From assembly GCA_036172245.1 (NCBI GenBank), contig JAYWIR010000024.1:2976001-3040000 (forward strand): 64,000 nucleotides of DNA, written 5' to 3'. Origin of the DNA: Raillietiella orientalis (lineage: Eukaryota). Position 1 is the first letter of the stretch; every line of letters begins with the position of its first letter. A program made the translations under genes and the position numbers. The notes beneath the pieces are model-generated. The model was given only the letters and a program-made list of their open reading frames with translations. It searched no databases and was not told the origin of the DNA. This document shows, piece after piece, positions 1 to 14,900 of the stretch.

Positions 1-789
1 ATGACGCAGCAGTCGGGCGAGATTAATGTTCACGTGCGACTTCCGCGAAAATTAAGTTTCAACCGAAAGACACGAAGGCGGTCGGTAAACAAACAGCATC
101 TCAGAGTCGTGGCCCCAGATTCGCGAGCCCCGTGGAGGACGGCCGACGAGTCCCCGATTTCGGGAGGTGGCTGGTCCATCTCCTTGCCACGTGGTGGTGT
201 TTGCGCGCTTTGCTCTAGCAAGAGTTTGAAGGCCGTCTTTCACCGATCCCCCCCCCCCCCCCCGCGCACACGCACACACTTCGACTGCAGTGCTTGGTGT
301 TCCTGCCGAGGTGTCATGATTGGTTGCACATCTCTGCGGCGTTCCCCCCCTCGCAACTGTGTAAGCAGAAACGAGCCAAGCGATGCACAGAGCAAGCAAG
401 CGCGCAGCCGAAGGCGGAAGCTGTCGGTTACCATGTTTATGAAGTTTGCGACAAAACTTCGTAATCATAAAATAGAAGAAAACATTTTACAAGGGATGAC
501 GTCGCAGCAGCAGAGTGGTCTTGCTTGCCCGAACCGCGTGCTTCGCCGGTCGATTCGACGCCGGACTTCCAGCAGCATTTTCAAGATAACAGCACAGCAA
601 AAGAGTTTTTTTTGGGGGGGGGGGGGGGCACTTCTTGTAGGGCCTTAAAAGAACGGGCAGCTCGGATCATATCCTGTTTGTTTTCGTGCGCCTAGTAGGC
701 CTTTATTCCCCACAGCCGTGATACGTGAATGTAAGAAAAGGATCTACACCAACTGGTCTTCCCATAAATGTTAGTCCCTTTCATTTGCA

Positions 790-792
<3 letters not shown>

Positions 793-821
<29 letters not shown>
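793..821. repeat. poly(T) tract (~29 nt), representative of many A/T, G and C homopolymer runs in 1-46 kb
   Basis: Directly visible run; similar runs at ~248 (C), ~613 (G), 2786, 4920, 5027, 8968, 10439, 14056, 39689, 45516 and 61569. Confidence 0.95.
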
Positions 822-825
<4 letters not shown>

Positions 826-3800
826 GGCAGTGTTGTTGTCGGAGCATCTTGCGTTTGCTCTCCAGAAGATTTTATTTCGCGAGGGATTTCTTGTGCGTGT
901 AGGTATGTAAGAATCTGCGACGGAAATAGCAAGGCTTGTATGAGCCCCAACCGCAGCAGCAAAGGGGAAGCAAGAAGAAGAAACAAGTAGCAGGAGCGTT
1001 TTTCTGCTTGCATCATCGCGTGTGTGCTCTTCTAAAACACGCCACCTTTTCATGAGTTGTCGAAGGTGTAACACACATAACATCATGGGCTCTTGGGGCC
1101 AGGCAGAACAAGATCCAGAGGAGGCAAAACGACCGCCGTTTTTTTTTGTGTTCCGTAACGGGTAGCGTCTCGAGAACACCACCTACGGAGGTGCGAGCAC
1201 TACGCACCCGTTCTCCGTTCTATGCATCACTCGCGGTCGTGGAGCCACGATTCGAGATGGCTCCTTCCCGTGTTCATCCAAGCCCTGCTCCCTCTCCCAA
1301 ATCGGCAGAGGTGTAGATTCTCGATTTGACCACGTTTCTTTCTTCTCGCCTTTTCTCGTGTACTCTTTTCTTTTCTTTTCTTTCTTTTCGTGTTTTTGGC
1401 CATAACCAGCCCCAACGTGCCTTCGTTTTTTCATGTGCCTGTATTGGAGGAAGGGAAAATCCGACACTTTTTTTTTTTTTCCCCCGTCACACTGCAGCGC
1501 CCTCTGACGGATGCTCCGTAGAATTTCATTCATACTTATACCAGCATTTGGGAATTTCCACATTCGAGCCCGTTTTGGTTACCCTTGACTCCTTCCTATC
1601 AAGCGAATATCGAAGGAAGATGCTGCAGCTCCTCCTCTCTCCCCGTGCTTTCCGAGTGCTGCTTCCCCGATCGATGAGTACACTCGAAAGGGTTCCTTGG
1701 GATCGGGACGCCGTGAACTCTGCGTGGAGCCAGAATGGTCACCGACCACTCTTTCTTAGCCCCGTCTCCCATTCGAAGGCTCTTCAGCACGATGATGATT
1801 TGAGCATGCGAAATCACGAGCTTGGAGATCCCCGCGAATGTTGGGGACGTTCGATCGGTGCCGATTCACTTCGGGAATCGCAGTGGGGGAGAGGGGAGGG
1901 GGAAAGTCTCACCTTCGCTGCGTGTTTTTCAGTGGATGCACGATCGCAGAAGACGGATGGAGCTTATCTGAATCACGGAGGTTCCTCTGTTTGTTTTTTT
2001 TTGTTTCGTCGCAGCCGTGAAGAGCTGGTCGGTGTCACGAGACTCGTTCACAGCAAGTGAACTTCGTCGGATTTCGCGGTTCTTGAATTGCGTTGTGATT
2101 TTCGATCAAAGTGTTTACATTGCATGCGGCTGTTCTCCGGTTTCTGTTCCGTTTGATCCCATGCCCCCCCCCTCCTCCCCCTCTCCCCTCCCCGGCTTGT
2201 CCGTTCTTCCGAGGCGAAGAAGGCTCTTCGCGTGTTCGCCGTCGTGCTTTGCGTTCTGCTTCCTGAGCTGGTTCTTGATAAGATCAAGCCATCCATCCCC
2301 CTGTTTATCGAATGCCAGTGGTTGTCTTGTTTTTTCTCCTCCTCCCCCTTCTGCTTTCTTCTCCTCCGTGGATTTTGAATCCCGAAAAGATTTTAGAGCC
2401 TCCGGTTTCGCGTTGCCCACATGTGAAAGGCCTTCCACGTCGCATCCTCTCATCAAAGCGTTGTATTTTAATAACAGTTGTAGCAGCAGCCACGCATTTC
2501 TGGAAACCCACATTCGGAGGAGCAAATTGTTTCTCCTCTGCGAGAGTTTCTCTTTGTGAGGAGGCGGGCGCTCGCCATGCTGCAGGTTTGTCTCGTCTCC
2601 CGTGCTCCCTCCTTGGATGATGGAAACAGGAACACGGGGTCTGCTTCAGCTCCTCAGCATCAGTTAACGTAACGTGTCGATTCGCCCCCTGCGCCTTTTT
2701 GTTATCCTTTACGAATGTCTCCGAAGCCTCGCGAGATTTTTGTTGCGCCCTCCGAAAACAAAACAAAAACAAAAAAAATTACCGTTTTTTTTTTTTTTTT
2801 TTTTTTTTTTGCGTGTGTGTGTGTGTTACGAAATTACCCAGTGAATCACAGTCATGACGTTTTTCTTGTACCGTTTTATCGGATGTCCCTCGAGCGTTTT
2901 CTCTCTTCTCTTTCTCTTCCCCCTCCCCCACCAGAAGGGATTGCATTTTAATCTTAATCAAAGAGATAAACGAAACACTAATGCAGTGTAGCCGCTTTCT
3001 CTTGTTCGTTCTTCCAGCCAATGGAATGTGTGCTCTTTTGCATGATGGGAAAAAAAGTACGTGTTTCGTGATTGTAAATTTATTAATAGATTATCAGTTT
3101 GTATTAACCAAGGTTGCCGAAGAAGTGGCATGCGGTTTCCCTTTTTCAATCTGTGTTTTTATACTTTGTACACCCTTTCTTTTCAAGATTTATGTTTCCA
3201 TGCAGACTAAAGAAAACTTGCAGTTTGTCTCGGTCGCGAGTTAAATGATGGAACGCGCTGATCCATGAATGATTCCATGCTCCCAAATCGCGACTGCTTC
3301 ATATATTGAATTGCTTTTAATTAATACATTCAAGGCAAAAGAAGAAGAAAGAGAGAGAGAGAGAGAGAGAAAAAGAGTGTCTTTCATCCTTATTTCTTGG
3401 ATGTTTCTTGGAGCTTTCCGTGCTTTCAATACGAAAATGAATGCAGCATGTTGGTGACATGTACCGAATATCATCCACAATGTATTAATAACGTGTGATC
3501 ACGTACAACGCCCTTGCGTGATGTATTAGGGGGTACGAGTTTAAAGATTCATGCCCGAAGCGGGTGAGCGGTGGCCACGGTGTAGTAATCAACGCGTGAA
3601 TCATGTATACGGTGCTCCATCCCAGAGCAAGCAGATTAAGTTACAGCGAAATCTAGAGAAGGAAAACATTTGTGAAAGGGGGATGCAAAGGAGAGGGGAG
3701 AGAGATTCGAGAAGCAACTTCGACCTGCAAAGAGAATTTTCAGAAGTCATGACGGGAGTCTGGCGTGTGCGAACGAAAGTTCGAAGCTGGTGGACCACGT

Positions 3801-6800
3801 GACGAACACCTCTCCGCATCCAAGAGGTTTCTCACCGCTCCGAGTTGTGCGTTTCCAAGGAGCACGCCTCGGAGTCGTTCCGGCATCCCTTGCAGCGTTC
3901 TTGAACGGAATCCGGGAAGCTGGATGCCGTGTCGGAGCATGCGAAACGAGCGTAAGTCGAAGGCGAAGATGAAAGCAAGAGATAATAAAGGCGGCGTTGG
4001 ACTTGGGCTGTACATAAACATGTAGCTATTCCGCTTCGGATGGGTTGTTTTGAAATGTGTAAAGAATCTTCTTACCAGGCTATCCGGTTTGTGATTGTGG
4101 TCACGCCCATACTTTTATGAAGCGTAGGGAAAAGTAGCCCAGTTGCGTCGCATTCAGTCGCTGATTCGGTTCCGATCCCATGTTCCAAAATTGGTTCCGT
4201 AAGCAAAATCGTTGTCGGCTTCAGGCATGCTGATTTATTTAGGTGGTCCACGTGAGGTGTACACCTTCCGTCCCGCTGTAACAGCAAGCTGTTGAGTTTT
4301 CTTCTTCTCGTGCCGAAAGTCACCACCACCTCCAGGCCGGTTATGTGCAGCCGACTATGTAATACCATGTGTGTGTACCTTGCTCACGGTTACGTGCACG
4401 CGTGTGCCCGGGGTCTTTCGAATATTTGCAAACCTGACGAACGCTCTCTCCTTGTCTTCCACCTCGGATGCTCACTTGTTTATCTAGAGAATTGAAATCG
4501 ATTGGGTGTATGCACTATTTTCTCGTACGTGTGTGTGTTTCTTGTCTGATTTTTCTTCCCGTTGTTCCTGGGTTTGTTTTATTATGTCTGCTCCAAACAT
4601 TTATCTCCAGGCTCAGTTCCTTTAATTTTCATTATCTAGGCACACATTTTTCCCGTGTAATGAAAATGATTTCCTGTAAATGGCATTTTGTCATAAAAGA
4701 TCACAGGCGGTTCTTGTTTTATTATGTCCTTTTTTTTCTTTTTTGTCTTTGAGCTCCAGTGCACCGATTCGGCCGGCGTGTGTAAATCAGTGTGGAAGTG
4801 CTTTTTCGCATTGAATGGCTTCTGTTCGACCTCGGTATTTACGTGCGTGGCACTATCAGAGTCTCACACACGATGGCTCGCTTGGTTTTTCAGGGCCCTC
4901 AAGGAAAGATCGAAACAGTAAAAAAAAAAAAAAAAAAAAAAAAGGAAATCTGCGGAGGTCTCAGCGTTTTTCTTTCTTTCTTTCTCCGGCGCATTTGCTC
5001 CCACGGGAACGGTCGTTGATTTTCTTTTTTTTTTTTTTTTTTGTTACTGTGGATCCTGGAAGATCAGATGGAAAAGCCTTGCAGTATGCTGGTGAGGTCA
5101 GCGTTTGCACGTGTGACTGGCGATGATGCTCTTGGATGGTGAGGAGCAACGCTCACGGTTGTATCGCGACGTACAAACTTGTACACAGAACGACGAGGGC
5201 TGCCGTCCTCGTATAAATTCGGGATGCTGCGGAGCAGAAAGTCTCCACAGCTTTTTAAACGGATTTGACTCGTTAAAAAACCAATGCTGCGTTGTATTGA
5301 AGGTTCAGGGAAGCCAATCCCGGGAGTAAATATAGAAAATAAGAACCTAGGGAAGAAATTCCCGGCTAATTTTATTTTTAGCATTTTTAGAGGCTGGATC
5401 GTTTCTTGTATAGAAGGTAGGGGCCAATTAGAGGTGTGCCACTCCGAGATGAGCGAGTAAAGCATTCATGTGTTTGCAGATGAACCAGAAAATCGCTTTT
5501 TACGAGCAGGTCCGTTTACATCAATGCTGACAATTATCTGCCAACGCTCGTTCGCCTAATAAGCTTCGGTGCACATCTGTGTTAGCAACGCTCTGGTCCG
5601 GAGGTAGAATCAATAACTGCGGCAACGACGATCGGGAGTAGCTGGTCTCCCAAGTGAAAATCAATTTCAGTGTCACTTCCCCGGCACTGCCCTGGAACTC
5701 TCCCCGTCGCCGATGCGGAGGCGCGTTGCAAACAAATTTCGAGGAAGGTCCGACATGGCGGAGCACACAGTTCACGCCCCCCCCCTTCACTCCCTCCCCC
5801 TCCTCGGTGGAGCCTTCTGTTTTCCCGGGCTGCTCGGTTTTTTTTTTTTTTTTTTCCTGGTCCTTCGTTGTGCCTCCGGCACCCAGGTCTGCTCGCCTTC
5901 TTTCGCCGTCCATGGTTTCGCTCTTTGCGAGATGTTGCGGGTTGGGTTGTTTCCCTTGATGAATTCTCCTCTCCCGACTATTCCCCTTGAGTCGCGCTCA
6001 TCCGACGTTCGCAGTTGTTAAGAACTGAAAGCACTTTTGCTGTTTCCATGAAATTCGTAATCCAAAGCTTCTCTTCGTGCGTGAGTACCGAAACTGCTCA
6101 TTGTTTTGCGAAATCCCGTCATGACAAATGTAATCCCCGAAAATCTGTTAATGAATCGGGGATGGCATTAATTATCTATCCGTTCGCAAACGGATCTGGA
6201 CCACGATTCCTTTGTACGTTATGACTTTTTGTTTATCGTCGAATCGGAAAACCATTCCCAGCTCGCGCACACGGACACACGTGAATGCATACATACATAC
6301 ATACATGCATGCACCCGATAAACGTGCAAAGACCAGTGATGGGGAACTTTTAGAGGAATTGGTCCTCAAAAAAAAACAAAAACAAAAACACACACACAAA
6401 AAAAAAACCGGCCAGAGAACATTATACAGAGGAGATTTAAAACGAAAATGCCATTGCTCTCCAAAGTTCTTCCGTTTCCCAGTGGGAAGCATGCTCGGGA
6501 CTCCCTCTAGACCCCCGAAATTATTCGAAACACGAAACTGCTTCCGCGAAGTTCGAGATGCCTTCTCTTTGACCCGTGTTGATAAAAATGTAATCGAATG
6601 AATACACTTGATAATGCACGTAATTGAAATTGATTTTTCTCCCTCCCCCCCCCCCCGCCGATTTCTTTCCTGTTTTTTTTTTTTTTTTTCCTTTGTGCCA
6701 CGCCGGTTCGGTGTCCGCTCGCTTCTTTTCCTGCGTCGTATTCGAGCTCCTAGATGTGGCTGCAAATCCCGATCTGTTCCCGCCCAGGGCTGTTGCGCCA

Positions 6801-7882
6801 ACGCTTCCCGAGAAGTTCCTTCTCGTACGTTCTTCGCTCTTCGGACCGGCTGCGGTGCTTGCTGATGCCCTTGCGTGGCATGCGGGATTTCTTTCCATCC
6901 GAGTTGCTCCGATCACGAAGGTGTGCACCCCCACCCAAGTGTAGCGAACCTATTCAAAGGCAAGAGGCAGTTTCCTGGGAGCCGTTCAAGAATTCGCCAA
7001 GGGAGCGTGGGGATTCCCGCACCTCTTTGCAAGGGAGGAAACCCAGGCGTGGAACCGTGAGATCCCCAGCCCGAGTTTTCGTGCTTTCGCCAGATCTCGG
7101 TCAAGCCAACCTCGCCTCCGAGGTTTCCTTTTGTTTGACCAGATTTGCACAGTCCGCGAGACATGAAGTAGGCGAGTCGGGCGGAGAGGGTCCTCTCAGT
7201 GCTTGGGGGAACGATGAGTTTTCCTCTGGGGTGGCGGTGGAGATCCCAGAGCCTTCGCAGATGACAAGGGACAGAGGAACCAGGACAGAGTGCCTGATGG
7301 CATTCGGCGCCTGCATAGCTGTCGCATGAAGTTTCACGTTCGAACTGATGGTCCATTCCACGCCAGCGGTTATCACGGCCCAAGTTGGAGGATTTTTCGG
7401 TTCATTAGCAGCACAGATGATTGCAGAAGAGCGCGATAGCATGCGTGCTCTCTCTTTTTCTTCTTCTTTCCCCTCTCGAAAAGTTTTAATTCAATGATAT
7501 CGACTTTCCAATTTAAAGTGCTGTTATGCAGTTATCTTCCTCATTATCCGCCATATTTCATCCCCCATCCTCTAGGGACTGGAAAGGCAAGAATGTTTTT
7601 CGTCTTCTCACGGAACGAAATTCCCAAATGAAAATGCTCTCAATTATAATCCAGTAGGTATTTCATCCGATCTCGTTCAGAAGCGGGTTGCCGGCGAGGA
7701 TGAGACTTTGATTGTGGGAATGCTTGCAGCATCACCTGCCTGCATTTTCCATTTTTTGGAAGTAGCACCGTCCAGATCTTCTTGTAATACTTTGTAATCC
7801 TCCGAGTAGAAACTCGTGGAATGTAATGAAAAAGGGGAACGAAAAAAAACAACAAAAAAAGATCTTTGCTGATTTATCGCAC

Positions 7883-7908
7883 TGTGTGTGTGTGTGTGTG
7901 TGTGTGTG
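7883..7908. repeat. (TG)n microsatellite
   Basis: Perfect dinucleotide run; other (CA/TG)n runs at ~12095, ~35135 and 42697-42724. Confidence 0.95.
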
Positions 7909-8955
7909 CCGCCTGCTGCTTATGTATGCGTGCACCGTTTTTTTTGTGTGTGTTTTTAAGGGGGGGGGGGAAGGGTTCCTTAGCGTTTCGTTCGAAAGTT
8001 TGAGAGCGATGTCTCGGCTGTTTTTTTCTTTCTTTCTTCTTCTTCGGCCGCTGTCCACTCGGAGGAGGAGTGCAGAATCCCTCGTTTTCCCGAGATCAGG
8101 AAGGGCGTGAGATCGTCGTCGTCAGTGAGTTTGGGGCGTCGAGCTCGCCCTGTCGGAGAAGCTTAAACGTTTTGTCAGTGCCTGCAATATCTAAATTTGT
8201 AGTACAAAGTAAAGGAAAACGCCGCTCCGCACCCTACAGCGTCCGTCGATCTTTCGTGTTCGAACGGGTTGTCTGCTCGAAACGAAATAGTAATTGGAAA
8301 AGGCTTGAGCCGAGTGGGAGGGCGGGCCTTCGACGAGTGCGAAAGAACAGCGGCAAGTACCGCAGGTTGTGTAATCAAGTTCTGCGGATTCGTGCCCATG
8401 GACGCGTGGGTGGATGTGTACGTATTTCCCGTGGTGCTCTCCCATTCGCGGTTCCAGTAGGACAAAGGATAAAGAAAGAAAGAAAGATAAAAAAAAAAAA
8501 AAACCGAGCTTGCCTTGCCCCTTAGCACACAGCGCCATGAAAGAGGAGGTTTCGTGTTCATCTTTTTCCGAAGACTGGGGTTGGGTTGTGTCCTCGTGAT
8601 GAAAAAAGGAATCTCATGATTGAAACAGTTATGAAACCTTCCTGCAGGTTCTTCATGGAAAGCTCGCCTCGTACATCAAGTCCTCCTTCCCCCTTTGCAA
8701 GTGCCTCCGAGAGTTTACCGAGCTGACGTATGAGTACAGCATAGGGTTGATGACAAAACTGGCAGCCGCTTGCTTGCTTTCTCATGTGAGGATCAGAACC
8801 TTAAGCCGTGTGTTCGCAGACGTTGGTTTTCGGCAGCATCTCTCAGTAGGATGAAAATCACTTTCTCGGTTAACAGGCGTCGCAGTTTTGTATTCTCCCG
8901 ACGAGCGGGCAACGGCTCGCGCACCCTTACCAGCGGTTCGCGAAGAAATCCTTCT

Positions 8956-8987
<32 letters not shown>

Positions 8988-11900
8988 CAAACGAAATGCC
9001 GTACAGTTGTTTGGAGGGATTCAGCGTGGCTGGAACACGCCTTGCAGGCACTATGGCAGTCTTTATCTAATGAAGTAATTGCTCTTAAAATTGGAGGTCG
9101 CTTGCTGGTCGTTTTTGCATTCCTCTGTAAAGTGACGGCCACCCCATGCGGTGTGTTCTCTTCTGCAGGTTAAACTTTGGAATAAGTAATCGAGAGGGAA
9201 ACTGTTTCCTTGGTTTCCAGCACGATATGTAAGGTGGTACATAGGTTGGTGTTGTGCGCTGTCAGCATCCTTGTTGTAGCGAGTGTTTTTGAGTGTGTAG
9301 CGGTAAGGATCTTTGGTGACGAGAGACATGGGACCACCCAGCATGAAGAAATGCCAAGGTACAGATAGCGAGTCTGTATAGCCGGATTTTTTTTTCTTTT
9401 ATCTTTTACTAATTTATCTCCCCTGCACCTCTTTCCGCATTTGTTTGTGTGGTGGTCATTTCATCCCGGTTGTCACGCTCCAGTCGTGTGTTCGGGCGCG
9501 CGCGCACTTTGCGTGCGGAAGCACATGTTTGCTGCACTTAGGCTGTGGATCGCGTCGTGCTTTGTGGTGGTGGTGGTGGTACATGGAAAGGAGGGTGAAC
9601 TGCTATGTTCCCACCCCTTTTTTTTTTTTTTTTGCAAGAATGCATTGTTTTTGTTTCGTGTGCAGCGGCGGCAACGCATCTTTCCGGCGGTGAAGAACCT
9701 CATCTGCGGTGGGAGGTGCGCATGCATTAATCGTGCGCCCCCCCCCCCCAAAGAAAAAAATTCGGATTGGTTTTTCTCAAAAGTCCTGTTTCCGTTTTCC
9801 CGATTGGAGGGAACGAGGACATTCCAGGGAACTCGCGGCGATTGCCTCTTGATGGTGTGTTTACCAACTTCGCAAATTGATTGAAACAGCGTCGTTATGC
9901 CCGTAACTAGGGGCGCGGATCCAGCGAATTTGCCCTTGAAGTACCATATAACGTAAATGACCAGACCTCGGGCTACAAACAAGTTTGGACAATGGGAAGC
10001 AAACCGGTTATTTGCTTACTGTTTTTCCTCTGCCAGGTACAATCCTGTTTTCCTTCGCCATGTTTGTCCGATTAAAGCGTATTCGCTCGCACCGCGCGCG
10101 CTTCCTTCATGCCTGCTGGCCCTTCAACATGCACATTCCTCTTCGGTTTACTCGGAAAATGTTAAAGTGCCTCTTCTTAAGTGCGTCTCGCATTTTCCTT
10201 TCATGGTTATCGCTTGCGATGCATGCACGAAACGAGCACCGGAGAGGATGGGACTGGAAATCACTTGAGCCGAGTGTGCAGTTCAACGCCATCCTTCTTC
10301 CCGTGGATTGGCGGGCGCTGCACACCGCGCGAAACTCTTCCTCATAAGTGAGCGTGGCGGATCGTGTTTTCAGGAGAGGAATCGGTCGAACCGTAAACAA
10401 GGCTTTGCCCGCTCGCACGAAACTCTTTGAAGACCTTCTTTTTTTTTTTTTTTTTTTTTTTCCTTTCTTTCCAGGACGCGTTGCATCCGTTGTTGTCGCC
10501 CTTTCCAAATGGGTCGCTGCTGACCGCGAGCTTTTACGGCTTGTTCGAGTGGGTTCGCGTGCTTCCGAAGAGTAGGTCCCTTCTTTCGCAGCTCCTTCCG
10601 CTCGCCAAGGCGATTGTCCGCGTTGTGCACAGCAAACACGGGACGCGACACCCGGTCCGAGTGTTTCGGGAACGGTGTTGCGGGGTTGTGCCGCGCCGTG
10701 GTTCTGCGAGGCGGGTCTCCCAAGAAACGCTGCTTTGGTGCGCACTCGAGGGTGGGGCGTGGGTGAAGATTCGCGCACTGCCGCCGCCGCCGCTTGCGTG
10801 TGCGCGTTTTCTCTTTTTTTGTGCCCGTGTTCCATGCTGTTTATTTTATGCGGCTCATTACTCTTTCGTGCTCTTTCATCACATTTCCAGCAGCCTTCAC
10901 GTTCCGGTTTCGTTGTCACTTTTGATCCGAAACTGTCAGCAGGGCATAGCGCCACTTCCTTGTCGTCATTTTGATCAGCGCGCACAATAGGTCATCATTA
11001 GGAAATGGCTCGTTATGTGGTTTTTGTCGAATTGCATAGCCGCCTCCATCATTGTGATGGGATGCTGCGATTATGTTGCCACACGATTCCCAGAATACCA
11101 GCCTCCCTTAGCGTACTTTGTCGAATAATCTCTCGTAAGTATTTCTTTTAGCGCTCCTGGCGATCTGTCATCTTGAAAGATCTTTTTGATACCTATGATG
11201 CGCGCTTTGATGTGTGGCAGTCGACGCTGCTGCCAACTACGGATGCGTGAAAGGTTGGAGCAAGAAGTCAACGGGATGAGGTTCCCGTGGACCACGGTTC
11301 TTTCTCATATGGTTGGATCCAACGTTGCGTTCTAACAGGCTCCTACAAAGGTGCGGCTTCTTGCCGTCGCGCGTTTTCTTTTCTTTTTCCTCGTTTTTCC
11401 TAAGAAGAAGAAAAAGAAATATGGCAGACAGTAGTAGTGGCTTGTAGTGGCCTGCAACTTGGAGAGGGAGTCTTGAGCTTTTGATGTATCCTCGTGAATT
11501 TACCCGATTGTCCCTTGGAAGTCTCATTGGGCGATCAGACTAAATCTTTCCGGCTCTTGGTGTGTCATTTGCTTCGTTGTCTAACATCCGAGCGATGAGA
11601 GCAGCTCTGGACTGCCTCGCGGATATCAGCGTGCTTTCGCGATGCTGCAGCGAAGTAGCGTTTTCCCCCTTTTACGATCTCCCCTATCTGCTATTCAGTG
11701 GAGCAGAAGGAGGTAACGTCATTTCTCTTCCAGCGTTTCAATTGCGCGCCACAAAGCGTCATTAAAACTTTTAAGCAATGGCGAATCCCAAATCGAAGGC
11801 GAACAGCTGTCACAATTGGTTCCGTTCGCCGGACACAGATTTTTTTTCTCTCCCGTTTCCTCGCCTATATTGATACTGGGATCAAATATGTCTCACGAGT

Positions 11901-14900
11901 CGAAGGATTCCCGGGGATTGAGACCACTAAGTAATACATGGAAGTAAATAGCAGTTTGAATTCCCTTCTTGCGTAGTGTTGTGGCTGTTTTTCCCGTTGT
12001 GCATACAGCGCTGGGATTACCGTGTTATTACTGGACGATTCTGAACGGAGAGCCAATCATATCAGAGGTGCCTCACAGATTGCTGAATATGGAACACACA
12101 CACACACACACACACACTATTACTTTGCATTCGTATCCGTTTTTTAGAATGCCGTGTGTGTGTTGTTTTGGAAGATTCACGGTGGACAGTCGAGCTGGAG
12201 CGCATCATGCTTGTGTGTGGCCACGCCTGACGGCGGTTGCACGTGGCAGATGCTTTGATCCAAGTGGTCAGCGTCGTCATCCCGCTGCTGAGCCGTCCTC
12301 TGAGCGGACTGCCGTCGCGATCGACACGGATGACTCTTTCGGTTTCCCTCGCGGTAACCGTGGCGGGCAGGTTCCCTGTAAATGAGACGGTGGCTGGAAG
12401 GGGGCAGGAAGAAGAAGGCGTTTTGTCTGAATGGAGACGGCAGTTTCGGTGCGGGGTTAGCAGCAGCAGCAGCCTGTGGTTTTTTGGAGTCTTGCGTTCC
12501 ATGACGTGGTTGAGCTAGAGCGGAGGGCGGCGTGGCAGGCCGTGGTTTCCGTTTCCCCAGCCCAGCCGAGTTCCTCTTTTCCTGCCCCGTTGGGCTTAAG
12601 AGGCCCATTGTGGTGGACTAAAGCGGATTCCACTTGCGCAAGGTCAGGGATGCGCCGACCCAGCGGCGGTGGCTACGCTATGTTTTTTTTTTCTTTTTGC
12701 GATTTCCCCGTTTGCGTGCGTCGGGATGAGCGTCTTTTTTTTTTTTTTTTTTCCTGCCTGCTTGCTAATTTCGGTTGTGTCTTGTTTTCCTCCCTTTTCC
12801 CGGATTTCGAGCGTTTTGTCACGCTGCTTTCCGTGCAGTATCCCCGTCTCTCCTTTCTTGGGGCATCGAACTCGTACCCTTCTGATTAATCGAGTGATTT
12901 GCTTACTTGCAGTTAAGAAATCGTGCCTGTCTTCGGCGTAGCGTTTCCCGCGACTGCAATCCGTGCTCTTCCATTTGCTGTCGCCGTGCTCCGGAGGGAC
13001 AAAAGAGAGAGAGAAAGAGAGAGGAAAAAGAAAGAAAGAAAGAAAAATTAAAATCAAAATGAAAGCACTTTGAGGAAGGCTTATCGGACGCCACTGGCAA
13101 TCATCCGAATTGTTGATTAATGCATTTTGGTTTTTTTGCTCCTTTTAATTCCGAGTGCACGATGCGCTTATTATGGTAATCACCTCATTTCAGTGCCAAA
13201 TCACCTCTGGAGTTTCAGAATTTATTATTTGTTTTTTTTTCCTTCTTCTTCCGTTTCTCTCTTTCTTTCCTTTTTTTTGTTTTCGGTTTCGATTCCCCAA
13301 CGCTTTTGCGGGTGTAGCGTAGCGCCGAGGTGTGCTTCTGTGTCTTCCTCCGTGTGGTTGGAATCTATCGGATAAAACGGTCGTCCAGAAAGCAACCTTC
13401 AAAAGTACGGGAAGGGTATTCTGGAACTCGAAAAGGTCACAACGAAACAGCAGCAAAAATTCCAGCGGACACAGCTCAGTTCGGTGATCGTCTCTGTTTG
13501 AGCAGGTTTGCTCTTTTGGTACGGACGCTGCTTCTTCGGTGGGGAACCGGTCCGCCGTGGTCGTGGGGCTTTGCATGTCGGCATCCGGATTGTGTACGTA
13601 CCGACTGTCTTGTTTGTTTTCGCGCGCGCCGTCTCCAGGGAGATGCTGGTGTCTCAGGATCGGAATTTTTAGGGTGGCTTTTGGTTCCGTGCCCACCCGT
13701 CGTGTCACCAGCAGCTTCGCAAAACTCGCTTCGGTCACTCGCGATGCCCTTCCGGAAGCGTGGGTCTCGACGGGTGATGGTGCCAGGTCCGGATTTGTTG
13801 TGACGGATCTCCAATAACTCCTTACGCTCTGGATTGCCTTCTTCTTCCCGTTCTCTGCAGTCGTCTCCCGTCCTCCCCGCACCCGGTTAGAGCATGGCGC
13901 GAGGCGCCGTCTGCATTTTCTGTTCGTTCCGAGAGATGCTGCCGCCCTCTCTCTCTTTTATTTGGACTGGGGAGATGGGGGGTCAGATGAAAGGACGGAG
14001 ACTGACGCTGGCAATGGTGCAGTGAAAACGAAGTGCCTGGGAAATCCGGCGTACGAAAAAAAAAAAAAAAAAAAAATGGGCGGATGCATCAATCAGCCAG
14101 CTCATCCCGCTCTCGCCAGCTATGCAGGTCGTGTCCCGGTTGCTGAGCGCGTGCCTGCTTGCGACTGGGGAAGAGACTCCAGGGGTCCACCAGGAGGAAT
14201 GCCTGGCAAATTAACGGGTCCTCACGAAACGAAGAGGAGGCGGAGGAGGGGGAAGGCGGGCCGCTGCCGGTGGGAGGGAAAAGAGAAAACTTCCCACCGA
14301 TCAGCAGCGAAACTTCCATCTATTGCACGCCAGGGAGGGAGAAAGAGGGAGCACCAAACTGCGAGCCCCGAATAGCGCAACATTTCGGGACGAGTTGCTC
14401 AGTTGCTCTGTGGCCACATGAGGTGTGTGAAACCGGCGGGATCCCGCGTGCATGCATGTATGTACGTATGTTTACTTGTGCGCTTACACACTCCACGTAT
14501 GTTTTCATTCATGTACTGCACGTCCCTAACCGGTCCTCAATTTTCTTCTCTTCCCCGAATTCTGTTGTTCCCGTGATTTTCCTCGTTTTTGCGTGGCTCC
14601 ATCCGCCGGTGTGGTGGGGGGACTGCCCGCCGCATCCAGAATCCCTCGTAGGCACGGAAGCTCCAGAACGAGGTGCCAGATCCTCCGAAGGCTGCGAGCG
14701 AGACTTGTATGAGGAGCCAAGAACCCCACCCCACCCCTCGGGAGAGCGCAGCAAAAGCGTTCCCCAGGAAGTGCAGCTGCAGCGCGCGCCTCACCTTCGC
14801 TTGCTGCCTGCCCTTTCGGCGTGTCTCCCTGCCGTTTGTGCTCCCCCCCTCTTCAGTGTGGTGGTTCGCGGCGCTCGTGCTGTGTTTTCCTCTGCGTGTT

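Noticed and set aside
7818..7838. TGGAATGTAATGAAAAAG resembling miR-1
   Set aside because: Only the 5' 10 nt match the mature miR-1 and no complementary star arm is evident.
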